A DNA stretch of 64,000 nucleotides from the IMG/VR virus record IMGVR_UViG_3300030419_005383, positions 10,296 to 74,295 of that record. One strand, written 5' to 3'. This stretch comes from a virus. A program made the translations under genes and the position numbers. Below, one piece after another: positions 36,901 through 44,014 of the stretch (its first letter is position 1; every line of letters begins with the position of its first letter). Below the pieces are notes generated by a model that saw only the letters and a program-made list of their open reading frames with translations, was not told the DNA's origin and did not search any database.

Positions 36901-37144
36901 CCTCTATAAATCGAAACCCATCCTCTGCTTCCCGAACCCTTAAATCAATCCATTCGTCAGATTTGGTCGGGTTATCCACCTTGAGGGCTGCTCTGACCTG
37001 CTCGCCAAGCTCACTAATGCCCGCTTCATAGGCCTCACGGAGGTCTTCGCCTGTCCTTATTTCAAAGCGCGGATCAGGAGCGGGGCCAAGAACTTCTGCC
37101 GTTTCTTCAGTGACCTCGGTTCCCTCAAGCGTCTCTTCAGCCAT
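24962..37144 (-). CDS. Giant 4060-aa ejection-type polyvalent protein (ParB-like, two HExxH zincin-like domains, HhH-GPD glycosylase-like domain)
   Basis: DGRHRLEA (res 1052), HELVH (1691), K2196/D2214 HhH, HENGH (2531), C-terminal DYSALTEFEK..FYSFQRKN. Follows the SLT ejection protein. Confidence 0.9.
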   Translation of the reverse strand: MAEETLEGTEVTEETAEVLGPAPDPRFEIRTGEDLREAYEAGISELGEQVRAALKVDNPTKSDEWIDLRVREAEDGFRFIEGIPGDETPGATIEKGKTVFGPRVLPVTEPIDPDEPAKRKAEYKETLDKAQESGELLRGLKDVMIGVTQPAFKEEITEGDLPDVPEFAEELAIVGAAGGSVLASRLKIPGGWIVGAMGGAAGGTALAHEIDDPGYLADLFNRTLDVTELSRAGNMAEELTAEGMAQAFEGARYVLKQKKVHMDGKTPEQADAEVEEWAKGVQEANMKIRSARQELVDTDPESATAMDNILAAGIPLARQIEAMESLPPSSVATVSPMQLPALLVTTALSSDEEREGVPALKSMAQLYREFHEKSNDFFERVAGASFMTPEERGAYYLERRVRTSEAKWSDAWAQLMETVRYAKENPDSNVSGILLDQMQNVSYVDVPGSLRQEYGGPTRMPDVRLFVHILQEATPEQRKTYESWARYDRNLGKAMNAAYGTSDWPWITETILDLAGDDVEDEVDLSEVQNWLNQVKFGTLVSMNFKFAESVPDTASVIETTGRMIERAAPTTKLEESVGSYMTTTVREGNQLYLIEGTMSRVMRSADLLMEPQLQLLMDAPVFAGDSLNQVLGVKDKNQELTLTGWMAESLANVATGDSGAMMATRRAMMANGGRPGEGYWMYGMLGGLSADFLVPWESPIFRTLGFGVRRSANALRGSVAAKRAVQALDGAPITSKLSMATHMMSAYVGPEIYQRVVKPPEEAALDPQKKEDLDAVSAVNNATMQLAAKMIELGISPLDSMSGYRLEAFENRLKETGVEDTEEFIKTFNNAMKGRRSLYTGNLQRFLQHGTPTEMSMRKDPEYLRVKDELSEYIKAGNLTDQDLVIHLALLEHQALAHSSDDMIPDIVTPIDFFKKINHRVGGQPGPGARFQTPEGVEPPARVEVLGQPVEAVTEVEGVSYRSRADRAREMRDEIIEMGHDVEELMRQDSGTLAGLEYIEPRVVNIDDIPVQKLWGSGRLKGAIEFIKSGKPMAPPRVAINADGTFHSIMDGRHRLEALRGMGKKKIVVDVELMERPADWLTSPRVEGARDPLPSLDPEVILKPPDKPPELPKAWPNYLLESASWVKNSLERAWNANRPEDLDVESGYGSIRQLIETATMGTRLSAETKYGRFEYTPWHAIRAIGGIFSQQVKMAERLVWSDLNNIERILQDLTQVPEGAVLKGIPEGAIDALRAALKDIEPLISDKGSLKKSHLLDREPWTIEDVYEGVIERFDQKNIRRSDLYGLIEGLKDTKTQLGLNAELHSIFQSDEWTSLFRGINREYQVRRGGLPIGSELSIEYKWVSPMAQALKRTVLRKASALTLANDEAVFDAYAKAEDRFESQTKGLSRYTGPERAVIKREKERKDRVQARIKADGIKKRVSTDVVSRAFNTPADFSRFMGLKDQELNDVDRAIYEEARELLTEIGSIKEYQEKILPAIKTFRQVAFGEARRLLDDIGDVFSDEFIDSLFKEFIEVDDTIDWKAVEARILQAGGAAEEALRLVDAVRDADSSDVSRALHRYNLIYRGLDSRVFWNGARPAIRTPMPIPPSIRADSNLKFRKAAKQWKSAKEAVYWIKENGTTDQIRAIAAYIEEFITDDVSIETTEAAHPEGWTGIYYWLGPGRPSPHIDLYQPNEKLRSGDWEKTALHELVHAATVMRYNEGLGEGPSTPLGKASIELDHLWEYVRDRLDGYLRQEERRETLGEEVDYLEQLIVDDEPVVRTLPYGLKNAKEFLAEAFSNPEFQSILKDIVFVDTQESVWSRLLSWVADALGIAKTDRNALSEAMRIQHDLLTAPREGEPSVAPPAGMVEPLPSKAPVPPKITRDLAEHEGAEFTDQDVEAFLDSKQTPIVPIGKKALAKYAKMPKAEREALPEQERRRIREAFRIEVLAAVPAPMAIKTRFKPRDSVKEKALPLNPTRRGDDVLAKIDALLERWPEGKMLSSEAEWKKFWFNATNDKNVVKPPYKMIEYYNNPDAVVDFLKENLTAEQQSAVNEGFSVVEKFGEAYAAGRAQPRHTAKLFLWGMLSRNSSVWIQEAGFIDAVNAGVDEFINVALRGEWDDVWQAAWRKRARAIVNLNKYSGSPGTQALMNLNAFGDLFLRRMSERLPVNHDRYPGMTKLEAIHRLMSDQNLSGSEVRRQFWTMSQGVGIQNKVMSFVALMAGRPDTAVLDVWQTRHIYDYANRANEYGNPGSLNTGWQAPKGGYKSTASFRPWSQKPGLASVFDGPRGLLFYEAVEGALNKIVPEVYKKLGRPEDASIGRFHWETWVAANQQLISHSTGEALVKEMFGLESPYRGVYVRMGEQRSPILGFYYVNVPKADLHALDPVHGNGILAAATSDGRIFGFDLKSKNKFEKEIKSHAKDVLKKLSPEERILPRQPEGEPTGKYLARLSQEAGGNWYEHPSVNRAAYDRAIERFGVQPDDTVLDVLADAFRIAPTEAKPALPTSIRYDGGPDSPRGSFEVRTDESGTASYLLRLFSTGRFDTLAHENGHLLQAIMGDKWRSWLFRFFDTDQNGRLTDAGHEQFANALAQWWETKRASYNPGVNRLIGQLHGELRNLWRLIRQKRHNLPKHLAEFWDELYRPSELLAMPAAKITDDVLKKTQKRPVVQLKRSVAGRVKKSIEGYVARTVSQADDKSGLTPLMKVFRLRDRQVAQRIASDIADTAIRKLMADSRVPVELPDDLIQGLMDGIISDVLKRLEGRDLRLRLEGGDEKLGPPLSADDFLKEVSKGIVSDVFTRLKNISPEMVPTAMAERVLESPVGKAGRRRAGMRLMGDEESLRQELGVKAGDEIDAIALVVRSMGLEAAERFKRSQRAENVVRMTIRTIVPASRVSRIKKDVTDRLMDAVGENAKQLVKRIKLVSRGDATGLVRSYMQEDPNARLLDEADYIEFDPPQAARIKRLVHELANEPMGNILPDRFFRQSDFTKIAVADWQNIHEVLVDVSAGVAARVNRYDDRMSRSLALAFTRYVGEVFDKVDNRALFKSIDNVRRKFRDLFIVPEFGKDLMDPAVRDLINNSLRLGEDNPRFFVRAVSEWRKGNKEGTVQELYDHLIEHLNAPVALSDLKPILEMERDLSGVISREDLRFKTQEELDIKIDQLDEGFDLQMLVRKLDNIQGYLTEYWGLHPKDRQALDIIRSYIDPTNPDRLVELSDNDRYAVSDAIRVIHNGLVRRKKQVLVRAENLAISLSGADDLSIVKNLDEYELISIYQNFYQGRFMEMINLAQEKGLIVSGYEYDAATAILEMIMRMRFMEILTVLSHNLAKYGYTGDVRELTSHRGFSPDTSIDRIAFVENVHHHINQIMSFNYQAIRKPEKRRLQTPRPKPPRQPDWRLTVNNDDLEAYTVAHKYVQKWGIKYAKSGFQQHTFPDGSTTLLPEAAIKEIEEMTNRLSQIGYAWTGAKSRKAQDIAAKGRLKATKKGLLGTELGPEFIPEDLGPTEKAKLTLAQAVDTVFELNPLTHSRMKQHMTTGTGLVELPYYMAAFMGIAAAVHQGLGAVKAGKITAQAVPTMARMGTSLVTKNSNLVGAVVSRMWGEGGWKPNARPLITKDYRVYTANRLGNMAIAHSLKSSFPQAESARAVHEILRDKLDTAPWYKSPTGFIKKVYRPWKETLLEFATAMDNIFRVSVWISEIERGLSPSQAAARARKIGMDYSALTEFEKSFMRIVFMFYSFQRKNLDLFYETLLTNPGRILAQMRLVKGSKNLWLEEEPVLVEEHYFESRPVMFAMKSVLNRMKNKQVAWYAPELPAFTAMMPFLNLFDAAAYHGTKQGDQGLREFISMTNPVLMLPIVTVTEQNFYFNRSLRRSGTIPSWFVNLDRYGPSGGYVVDELFGAEVWGPSDPEYQKVPGETVSYKAGGSLGPLLFHMWKNMAPLPFAGREMTLFDRLDRANMGAVESMLEVGYQFRQFGNREGFLDDIDSHYLPRHRRVRLPGTSTYIQAQPGTVAAETMVPRTELVAGEDPAAFSPGEAMGVIGIVPDVVETQETKIQRALRSSLRDLSKATVEKKRQAESAIDE

Positions 37145-37194
37145 TACCGCCTCCGTGTTCAGAGATTGTATCAGCCGAGCGGAGTTTGTTCACC

Positions 37195-40100
37195 TCATGG
37201 CCCCATGGCGTCTACAAGCTCATCGGTGCCCTGTTGGTTTTGTAGATCCCAGGTGGGGGCTAGTCCTTGATTGTCCCGAATCACCTTCAACGCTGCATCA
37301 TATTTACCCACATATTTTCTGGTCTCAGGGTGAAGTCCGCGATCATCACGGTTCTTGGTTTTAAATTCAGCGCGAGGATTTCGTAATGCCACTGTAAGGT
37401 TTCCTGGGCCGGTATTGTATGCCGCAGCGGAAAGTCTCCACGCATCTTCCTCAGAGTCTGCGTGAGAAGCGAACTTTTTGTGCAACATCTTTAGATACCG
37501 GGCCGCAGCATCAGCCTGTTCTCTCCAGTCTTGATAGTTCCTCGGATCAATCTTGAGATCTTCGCTGGCGGTTTTTGGCATGATCTGAAACATGCCTTGA
37601 GCACCAGCCTTGCTTATCGCTCCTGGCTTGAACCTGGATTCAACCCAAGCAATACCCTGCAACATACCTGGGGGAAGGCCGTACCTTTCCTCTATACGGA
37701 AAAAGTGGTCCCTCATTTCCTTGGGAACCCTCTCATTAAAGAGTCCATCATAGTTTTTCTTGTAGCCAAGGATGTACTTGTCTGGGCTATCAAAAGCTCC
37801 AGCTTCATCTAAAACCGTCCCACCAACACCACCAACAACCCTGGGGCCCGACTCGCCTGGCTCTGGCTCGACATCTTCCACGGTCATATCGCCAACTGCG
37901 CTTTTGAACTGGGGCTCGTCGCCTTCCATCCGCATCTGGTCCACTGCGCTTTTGAACTGAGGCTCGTCGCCTTCCATCTCTTCGCTCGTGGCTTCCCCGA
38001 TTTTTGTTTCTCCAGCATCTTGCTCAAGTGGAACATCAGATCTGGCCCACTCCAGGGCCTGCTGCAACGCGCTTTCTGATGGCCCAATGTTCTGCAACGC
38101 TCGATTAGCCGCGCCTGCTTGAGTCTGGTAACGGGCCTGGTTTGCTTTTTCGTTTTCAACTTGTTGGATGGATTTCTGAAGTTGAGATTGTAGGTCTGCG
38201 ATCTTCTGGTCGTGCTTTTCCTTCGCCTGTTGATAGGCGGCAACCTTCATGGTCTCTTTGTCACGATCATCTTGTCGAACAATTTCTCCATGCCGACCCA
38301 GTGTTCGTTCGTCTTTCCAGTGACCAGCAGCTTTCATCCTTGCAGAGCGGTCGTTAAAACTTGCCAATTCATCATCAATTTCTTGCTGTAGCTGACCGGC
38401 CACAGGGCCAAGTTGGGCGATATTTTTTCTGCTTTCGGTAGCCATCCGGCCATAATACTTCCTCGCGTCTTCCGTGCTTTTGCGCTTTTGCGCTAAGTCC
38501 AAGACCTGTTGACGCTGATCCCGTTGCGACATCAGTCCAAAACCAGGGATTACATTCTCAAGACCCGCGACCGCCTCATCTGACAGTGCCGGCATAGCCT
38601 CGGCTGGAGGCGGCGGCTCTCCCGCGGCCAATGGCCCGACTGGAGGCGGGGGAGTGTCAAACAAGCCATCAAACTCTTTTTTAGCTGCCTTAGCCTCAGC
38701 CCCAGAAGCCGCAGTGTAGAACGAGTCCTGTAGCTCAAGGTCAGTCGCGTCAACTACACGATCTGAAAGCGGCACAGGAGCCTGCTCCGGTCCAAGTCTT
38801 CCCGCCTCGCGGGCTAGTCTTCTTCCTTCACGCACAGCTTGACGCTGGCCTCTTGCTGCCTGCCGGGCTTTAGTCAATTCTTCCTGACCCGTTCCAAACA
38901 CTTCTCCAGCGGGCTCTGCATCTTCTACGGCAAGGTCTTCTGGAGCAACTTCGCCGAATTCAAATTGTTCCTCTTCAGGAAGAGCGCCTTCTGTATCTTC
39001 TACGGCAATCTGTTTCGGAGCAACTTCGCCGAATTCAAATTGTTCCTCTTCAGGAAGAGCGCCTTCTGTATCTTCTACGGCAATCTGTTTCGGATGAACT
39101 TTGCCGAATTGAACCTGTGACACCGATTTGGCCGGATCGATTGGATCCAAGGCGTCAAATGGCACACTCAAGTCTAATTCAGCGAGCCTACCCATGAAGT
39201 TACCGAAAACGCTTGTGCCTGCCTGGCGGGCCTCTCTTGCTTCCTGGCGCTCACCGATTCGTTGTAGCTTCGCCGCATGACGAGCCGCACTTGTTTCCTG
39301 GCGCTCACCGATTCGCTCTCGCTTCGCCTCATGGCGCTTACCGAACCGTTCTGTCCGCCGCTTGTATCGATCAAGTGCCGGTGACACTTCACGGAAACCG
39401 GACGGAGCCATATACTCGCCGTAATACTGCTGGCTCCTATATGGGAGACCGGCCATCCTCATCAATTCAGCATGCTGTCGCGAGGCGCTCAATTGTGAAG
39501 GTGCTGATTCCCCAGAAAAATCAATGTTGCCCATCTTCTCAGCTTGTTCAAAAAGCTTAGCAGATGTGCTGTCTTTGGCCATTTCGTCAATTGCCGCAGT
39601 TATGTCAGCTTCGCTATAGACCGGAAATTCAGACTGAATGTAGGGACCAGGCTCCTGACCAGCAAAAAAATCAGCCTTTAGCCCTTGGGTGATTGAATCG
39701 TCTGCACCATGCTCCTCCATCATTGCGTCATAGATTATTCGATTCAAAGCGAGCTTCTTGGCTCTATATGTATTTGCATCTTTGCTTTTTAGGTCTCCCA
39801 CGATGTTCCCTGACATCCTTCTCAATTGGCGTAGCGCGGTATCGGTATCGGGCCAGGTAGTGCGCTTGTAGTCCCTTAAAACCTTATCCACGGCGTCAAT
39901 TTGTTTCTGAGTCAACTCAAGACGCTTTTCATTATCTACGCTAATGCCTCTCAGTTGGTTGGAGAGTTTTACCTCCCGATCCTGTTCGGACTCTTTCAGT
40001 GAGCCCGCTGTCCTGATGAGGGAGGGGCCCATTGTTTGGAAGAGCCTGGCTTGCTGCGAAGCTGGAGAATACTTCTGCTGAGCCTCCCACCTCTTCAGGG

Positions 40101-40209
40101 CGTCTGCATCGCTGAGACCACCCAGCGAATATTGCGAAGCTGCCGATGGCTGTGGCGACATAAGAATTTGAGCCAGAAGCTGGTCTGCGACTGTTTTTGT
40201 TTTTGCCAT
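37195..40209 (-). CDS. Internal virion protein with C-terminal lytic transglycosylase (SLT) domain
   Basis: IAWVESRFKPGAISKAGAQGMFQIMPKTA, AAAYNTGPG, ETRKYV. Confidence 0.9.
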   Translation of the reverse strand: MAKTKTVADQLLAQILMSPQPSAASQYSLGGLSDADALKRWEAQQKYSPASQQARLFQTMGPSLIRTAGSLKESEQDREVKLSNQLRGISVDNEKRLELTQKQIDAVDKVLRDYKRTTWPDTDTALRQLRRMSGNIVGDLKSKDANTYRAKKLALNRIIYDAMMEEHGADDSITQGLKADFFAGQEPGPYIQSEFPVYSEADITAAIDEMAKDSTSAKLFEQAEKMGNIDFSGESAPSQLSASRQHAELMRMAGLPYRSQQYYGEYMAPSGFREVSPALDRYKRRTERFGKRHEAKRERIGERQETSAARHAAKLQRIGERQEAREARQAGTSVFGNFMGRLAELDLSVPFDALDPIDPAKSVSQVQFGKVHPKQIAVEDTEGALPEEEQFEFGEVAPKQIAVEDTEGALPEEEQFEFGEVAPEDLAVEDAEPAGEVFGTGQEELTKARQAARGQRQAVREGRRLAREAGRLGPEQAPVPLSDRVVDATDLELQDSFYTAASGAEAKAAKKEFDGLFDTPPPPVGPLAAGEPPPPAEAMPALSDEAVAGLENVIPGFGLMSQRDQRQQVLDLAQKRKSTEDARKYYGRMATESRKNIAQLGPVAGQLQQEIDDELASFNDRSARMKAAGHWKDERTLGRHGEIVRQDDRDKETMKVAAYQQAKEKHDQKIADLQSQLQKSIQQVENEKANQARYQTQAGAANRALQNIGPSESALQQALEWARSDVPLEQDAGETKIGEATSEEMEGDEPQFKSAVDQMRMEGDEPQFKSAVGDMTVEDVEPEPGESGPRVVGGVGGTVLDEAGAFDSPDKYILGYKKNYDGLFNERVPKEMRDHFFRIEERYGLPPGMLQGIAWVESRFKPGAISKAGAQGMFQIMPKTASEDLKIDPRNYQDWREQADAAARYLKMLHKKFASHADSEEDAWRLSAAAYNTGPGNLTVALRNPRAEFKTKNRDDRGLHPETRKYVGKYDAALKVIRDNQGLAPTWDLQNQQGTDELVDAMGP
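37896..37978 (-). repeat. 48-bp coding tandem repeat (MEGDEPQFKSAV x2)
   Basis: Direct inspection. Confidence 0.8.
38920..39112 (-). repeat. 75-bp coding tandem repeat (KQIAVEDTEGALPEEEQFEFGEVAP, ~2.5 copies)
   Basis: Exact copies at 38942-39016 and 39017-39091. Confidence 0.9.
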
Positions 40210-40218
40210 GACTATTTC

Positions 40219-41196
40219 CTATAGGAGCTTGTACCGACTGGGGGGGGTCGATGATGCCCCAGTGCCACCAAGAGAATACTTGCCCGTGTTAGGATTGAAG
40301 TTTTCCATCAACTCATCATCTAGATGTGTTGGACTGATCCTCTGGGCTCTGGAACGCGCCCGTGCTGCCCGCCGCCCGTACCCGGCACCAGCACGCGATG
40401 GCGCCTCACCCATTTCGGCCATCGTTCGAGCCGCTTCTGGGTCAACATCAAAACCGGCCCTCTTGGCCGCTGTCTTTTGCGCCTCAAGCTGTTTTCTGCT
40501 TAGCTCCTCAGCCCTGCCGGTCGCTTTCTGGGCCGCAGCTTCCGCCGACAATGGTTTCCCAGTTTTCAGGGCTGCGGTTGCTGCCATCAGGCCTGTCTGT
40601 AGCGCCCCAACAGCAGACTCTCGCCTTCTTTTCCTGAATTGCGCGTCTGCTTCCTCAAGCTCTCGACGGCGGTCAATCTTCATCTGTTCCTTGTGCTGCC
40701 TTTCTTGTTCAGCAAGCCTGGAGCCCTCACGAAAGAGATCCGCCATCTGCCCGCTGGCCTCTCGTCGTTCTCTGACCTGTGAGGCCGCAGATGTATCTCC
40801 GCGAGCGGCCAATCCAGCCTGTAGCTGCTGTGAAAACTCCCTTGCCCCGCGGAACATGCCTGGTGGCATTTCTCTACGGATAGGGCCTTGCCCTCTTAAT
40901 TCCTGCAACTCTTCGTATTGTTGTCTCTCAAGGGGTGTTCGAAACACTCCCAGGCCTGATTCGACGAGAGTTGGAGCTGCCGTCATCCCAATTCCAGCCA
41001 ATTGCCGAAGACGCAAGACTTCCTGGTTGTACGCCGCCTGCTCCGGGGAACCCAGATACTGCTGGGCGAAGCCTTGTGAAGCCCGGTCCATCCATGGGGG
41101 CTGAAGGCTCTGCTGCGGATACGAGCCAGGCTCGATTGGGCGCCCATAGGCGTCTACCGCTAAACCGCTAATCATCGGATCGAATTCATATGCCAT
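40219..41196 (-). CDS. Internal virion/ejection protein
   Basis: Helical Gln/Ala/Arg-rich; lies in the ejection gene cluster. Confidence 0.7.
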   Translation of the reverse strand: MAYEFDPMISGLAVDAYGRPIEPGSYPQQSLQPPWMDRASQGFAQQYLGSPEQAAYNQEVLRLRQLAGIGMTAAPTLVESGLGVFRTPLERQQYEELQELRGQGPIRREMPPGMFRGAREFSQQLQAGLAARGDTSAASQVRERREASGQMADLFREGSRLAEQERQHKEQMKIDRRRELEEADAQFRKRRRESAVGALQTGLMAATAALKTGKPLSAEAAAQKATGRAEELSRKQLEAQKTAAKRAGFDVDPEAARTMAEMGEAPSRAGAGYGRRAARARSRAQRISPTHLDDELMENFNPNTGKYSLGGTGASSTPPSRYKLL

Positions 41197-41210
41197 GTTT
41201 GATTCCTCAA

Positions 41211-41660
41211 TTACCCGATTCCATAAAGGTCTGCGTTGAATCTATCGGTGAGCGTTGCACCACCGACATTCATCGCCTCAACAATTGGGGCGTCTGCTTC
41301 ACCAATCTGAACCGGCCTTGGGGAATCAGCCCTCTTGGCCAGCTCTGCTGCTTCTTTATTGAAGCGTTTTTGCGCTTCTTCTGCTCTTTCTTGAGCTTGC
41401 TTTTCCAACGCTGTAATCGCCTTCTGTTCTTTCATTGCCTTCTTCGCGCTCACGCCACCCATGATGGCTCCAGCAACCAAGCCAACGCCAGCGCCAATAA
41501 GCGTGCCAACAACCGGAACGGCACTGCCCATTGCCGCACCCATCATCATTCCGGTAGTCGCCCCGGTTGCGCCCGTCTTCAGTCCGGTCACAGCGGCCTC
41601 TGACCGCATCGCTTTTCTTTCGGCTTCTGTGAAATCAGTTGTAAGGTCTTTATCAGCCAT
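41211..41660 (-). CDS. Glycine-zipper ejection/membrane-pore protein
   Basis: GATTGMMMGAAMGSAVPVVGTLIGAGVGLVAGAIMGG followed by a coiled coil. Confidence 0.7.
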   Translation of the reverse strand: MADKDLTTDFTEAERKAMRSEAAVTGLKTGATGATTGMMMGAAMGSAVPVVGTLIGAGVGLVAGAIMGGVSAKKAMKEQKAITALEKQAQERAEEAQKRFNKEAAELAKRADSPRPVQIGEADAPIVEAMNVGGATLTDRFNADLYGIG

Positions 41661-41688
41661 TTGAGTCCCGCCGTCTTAGGATACCATC

Positions 41689-42501
41689 CTATCCGAATCG
41701 TTTGACTGGTGCAGTCAGCCCATAGTAGTCCACGATGATATTTCGGGCAGATGCGCTTGCGGGAGCGATTGCAATGACCGGCGCAAGCGCCTGTGTAGAA
41801 GCGGGAATGTTTGTTGTAACAACCGGGCCAACGTCTTTGTTCTCAACTTGAAATTGTATACCGCTGCGTGTTCTGCGCCATCCAAGGGTTGCGTACTTCG
41901 TGTTTGCCGCAACCTTTAAATCTACCTTTGTTTCTGCTGTTCCTTTTCGGCAGACTCCGAACCAATTGACAGCAGTTGCTGTTGCTCTGGCCGCAAACCC
42001 TATTCCATGGGCGGTGTTTGACCCGGCAGCATCAGGTATAACGGTGGCGCTATAGAATAGACCGGCCCAGATATTGACTTGAGTCAACGTTCCGTCCAGT
42101 TTGATTTTTATGAACAGCCTCGCTCCGACCGGAGGTGGGCCGTAAAACGGACATGTTGTTGTTTGGCCCTGATGAATCGCAATACCGTTTCCTGACGATC
42201 CTGCTGTAGTCAGCTTAATCATCCCACAATCCAGCCAACCAGACGCAGAAGGGCTTACCGCAGCAACGGATCCGCCGCCTGAGCCAATATCAGCAATGAC
42301 CCACCCTAATCGACCGACTTCGCCCGTCTCGGCAGAAGGAACCTCGAAATCATCCCACAACCTGTAGCCGCTCTGCTGCGACAAAGTGACACTTGTAGGC
42401 GTCAGGTTGCTTGCGCGAACAATCGGCCTTGTAAGCCTTTCGCGCTTTCGAGACTTTTTGACCGGTCTTGATTTAACTGAACGGCCACCACGCCATGACA
42501 T
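41689..42501 (-). CDS. Lectin/beta-sandwich-type virion protein with basic N-terminus
   Basis: LWDDF...IQFQVE...TTNIP...IIVDY pattern; tail region. Confidence 0.7.
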   Translation of the reverse strand: MSWRGGRSVKSRPVKKSRKRERLTRPIVRASNLTPTSVTLSQQSGYRLWDDFEVPSAETGEVGRLGWVIADIGSGGGSVAAVSPSASGWLDCGMIKLTTAGSSGNGIAIHQGQTTTCPFYGPPPVGARLFIKIKLDGTLTQVNIWAGLFYSATVIPDAAGSNTAHGIGFAARATATAVNWFGVCRKGTAETKVDLKVAANTKYATLGWRRTRSGIQFQVENKDVGPVVTTNIPASTQALAPVIAIAPASASARNIIVDYYGLTAPVKRFG

Positions 42502-43319
42502 CAACCGCTCCCGCTGTAGTTGGTGTGAACATCGACCACCATTGATCTCACATCAACAATAATCTGGCCAGTATTTTGGCCAGCCGTAGCCGTTAATGGC
42601 TTGACGTAAACAGCAACGCTGTGCATTCCCTCGTCAAGCTCTTTGTGACAAATCATAGACACGTTCTTTCGAGCCAGGAAATTGGAAAACGTCCTGATAC
42701 CAACACCATCTACACCTGTAGCTTCAGCCCAATCAATAAACCGATTATCAGGGTCAGACGCCAGGCAGACTTCACGAACAGTTCCATCAACTTTTGGGCC
42801 ATCGTTAAAAGCCAACCATAGGCGAGCGCATTGCGTTCCATCATCCTCGAAAGCTGAAGGTTGCCAAGTCGAAGACGAAGACGAATAATTTCCAATCATT
42901 GGGTCGTTATCTGTAGATACCTGCGATCTTTCCGGTAAATTTCCGCCTTCTTCATAGACGTACAAGTTGCAAAACACTGAAACCTTGCAGTCATCTCTTG
43001 GCACATAGAAAGTGACGCCAAGCCCAGGGCAGGCGTTGTCTGTCTTTGTGTGATTAGAGTGGAAAAACGCCTGATGCCCATAGCCCTCAGGAGTCATTCG
43101 GTAGTGAACGTCTCCAGTTACCGCGACCATTCTTGGGCTGGGAGCACCGTAAAACTCAGGTTTATAAATGTACTCACGAGTGATCCAATTTGTGCTGGAT
43201 GTGAGATCCGAAGCCTCAATGTCCTCATTGATAAAATCTGAAATTTCTTGCAGTTTGTCTTGTATGTCTGATGCGCTGACTGTGTCGCCAGGTGAGAAAT
43301 TAGTGAATGTCGTCGGCAT
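42501..43319 (-). CDS. Tail-associated protein
   Basis: FSPGDTVSASDI N-terminal anchor shared with the two upstream genes. Confidence 0.7.
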   Translation of the reverse strand: MPTTFTNFSPGDTVSASDIQDKLQEISDFINEDIEASDLTSSTNWITREYIYKPEFYGAPSPRMVAVTGDVHYRMTPEGYGHQAFFHSNHTKTDNACPGLGVTFYVPRDDCKVSVFCNLYVYEEGGNLPERSQVSTDNDPMIGNYSSSSSTWQPSAFEDDGTQCARLWLAFNDGPKVDGTVREVCLASDPDNRFIDWAEATGVDGVGIRTFSNFLARKNVSMICHKELDEGMHSVAVYVKPLTATAGQNTGQIIVDVRSMVVDVHTNYSGSG

Positions 43320-43321
43320 TT

Positions 43322-44014
43322 CTATCTCCCAAACAATTCCACATAGAGGTACGGCGCAGAAAACGTGATGTCCAAAGTCGGATGAAGGTTTTGTTTAAGA
43401 AACAAGCCAAACCAAACTGTACTTGAGCTTGAACTCGTAAACTTGTGGGCAATAGTCGTAATGCCCCTGAAGACAACTCCAGCCCGCGCAATCTCAAACG
43501 GCCTGTCTTCGTGTTCATCACTATCTGATCTACTGCCTGAGACTGAGGACCCATCGCCTTTTGCTACAGATTCATGAAATTGGAAGTTTCGTTTCGTCTC
43601 GTCAATCAAGGTCCAAGTGGAATTGTCTGTAGAATATCCAATCGCCACCTGTCCGTAAGGTGGGTCTTCCGAATAGTCACTGGCCCCTAATGCTATCTCA
43701 AACGATGCCCTGACAATACAGGTAGTAGTGCTGTCAGACAGGTCGAAAGAACCAACCATCATCTGATCACCACCAATAAAATTGGGAACCGAAAAATAAT
43801 CGCCGTTGTGAGTCGTATAGCTTGAACTGCTAAAAGAATTTAGGTCCAATCGAACCGCGCTTGCTTCAAAACACCCGCCATCCAACCCTTCCTCTCTAAG
43901 GTTGGCCCTGTTGATTGATCCTGTTGCTGATGCCCAATTATCGAGAGTTTTATTAGCATCAGTGGTGTTTAGAACATCGCCGGCTGTGACTTTAGTAATC
44001 GAAACCCGGCTCAT
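43322..44014 (-). CDS. Tail-associated protein
   Basis: VTAGDVLNTTDAN...SINRANL. Confidence 0.7.
   Translation of the reverse strand: MSRVSITKVTAGDVLNTTDANKTLDNWASATGSINRANLREEGLDGGCFEASAVRLDLNSFSSSSYTTHNGDYFSVPNFIGGDQMMVGSFDLSDSTTTCIVRASFEIALGASDYSEDPPYGQVAIGYSTDNSTWTLIDETKRNFQFHESVAKGDGSSVSGSRSDSDEHEDRPFEIARAGVVFRGITTIAHKFTSSSSSTVWFGLFLKQNLHPTLDITFSAPYLYVELFGR

Noticed and set aside
25102-37031. Numerous + strand ORFs within the giant gene
   Set aside because: Antisense shadows with no recognisable domains.
24962-37144. Virion RNA polymerase (N4/crAss-type)
   Set aside because: The size is similar, but no DxDGD/DFDxD or T7-like polymerase motifs were recognised. A structural search would be needed to exclude it fully.
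38920-39112. Mini-CRISPR
   Set aside because: A contiguous in-frame 75-bp coding repeat with no spacers.
40208-41104. 298-aa + strand ORF
   Set aside because: Antisense shadow of the ejection gene 40219-41196.
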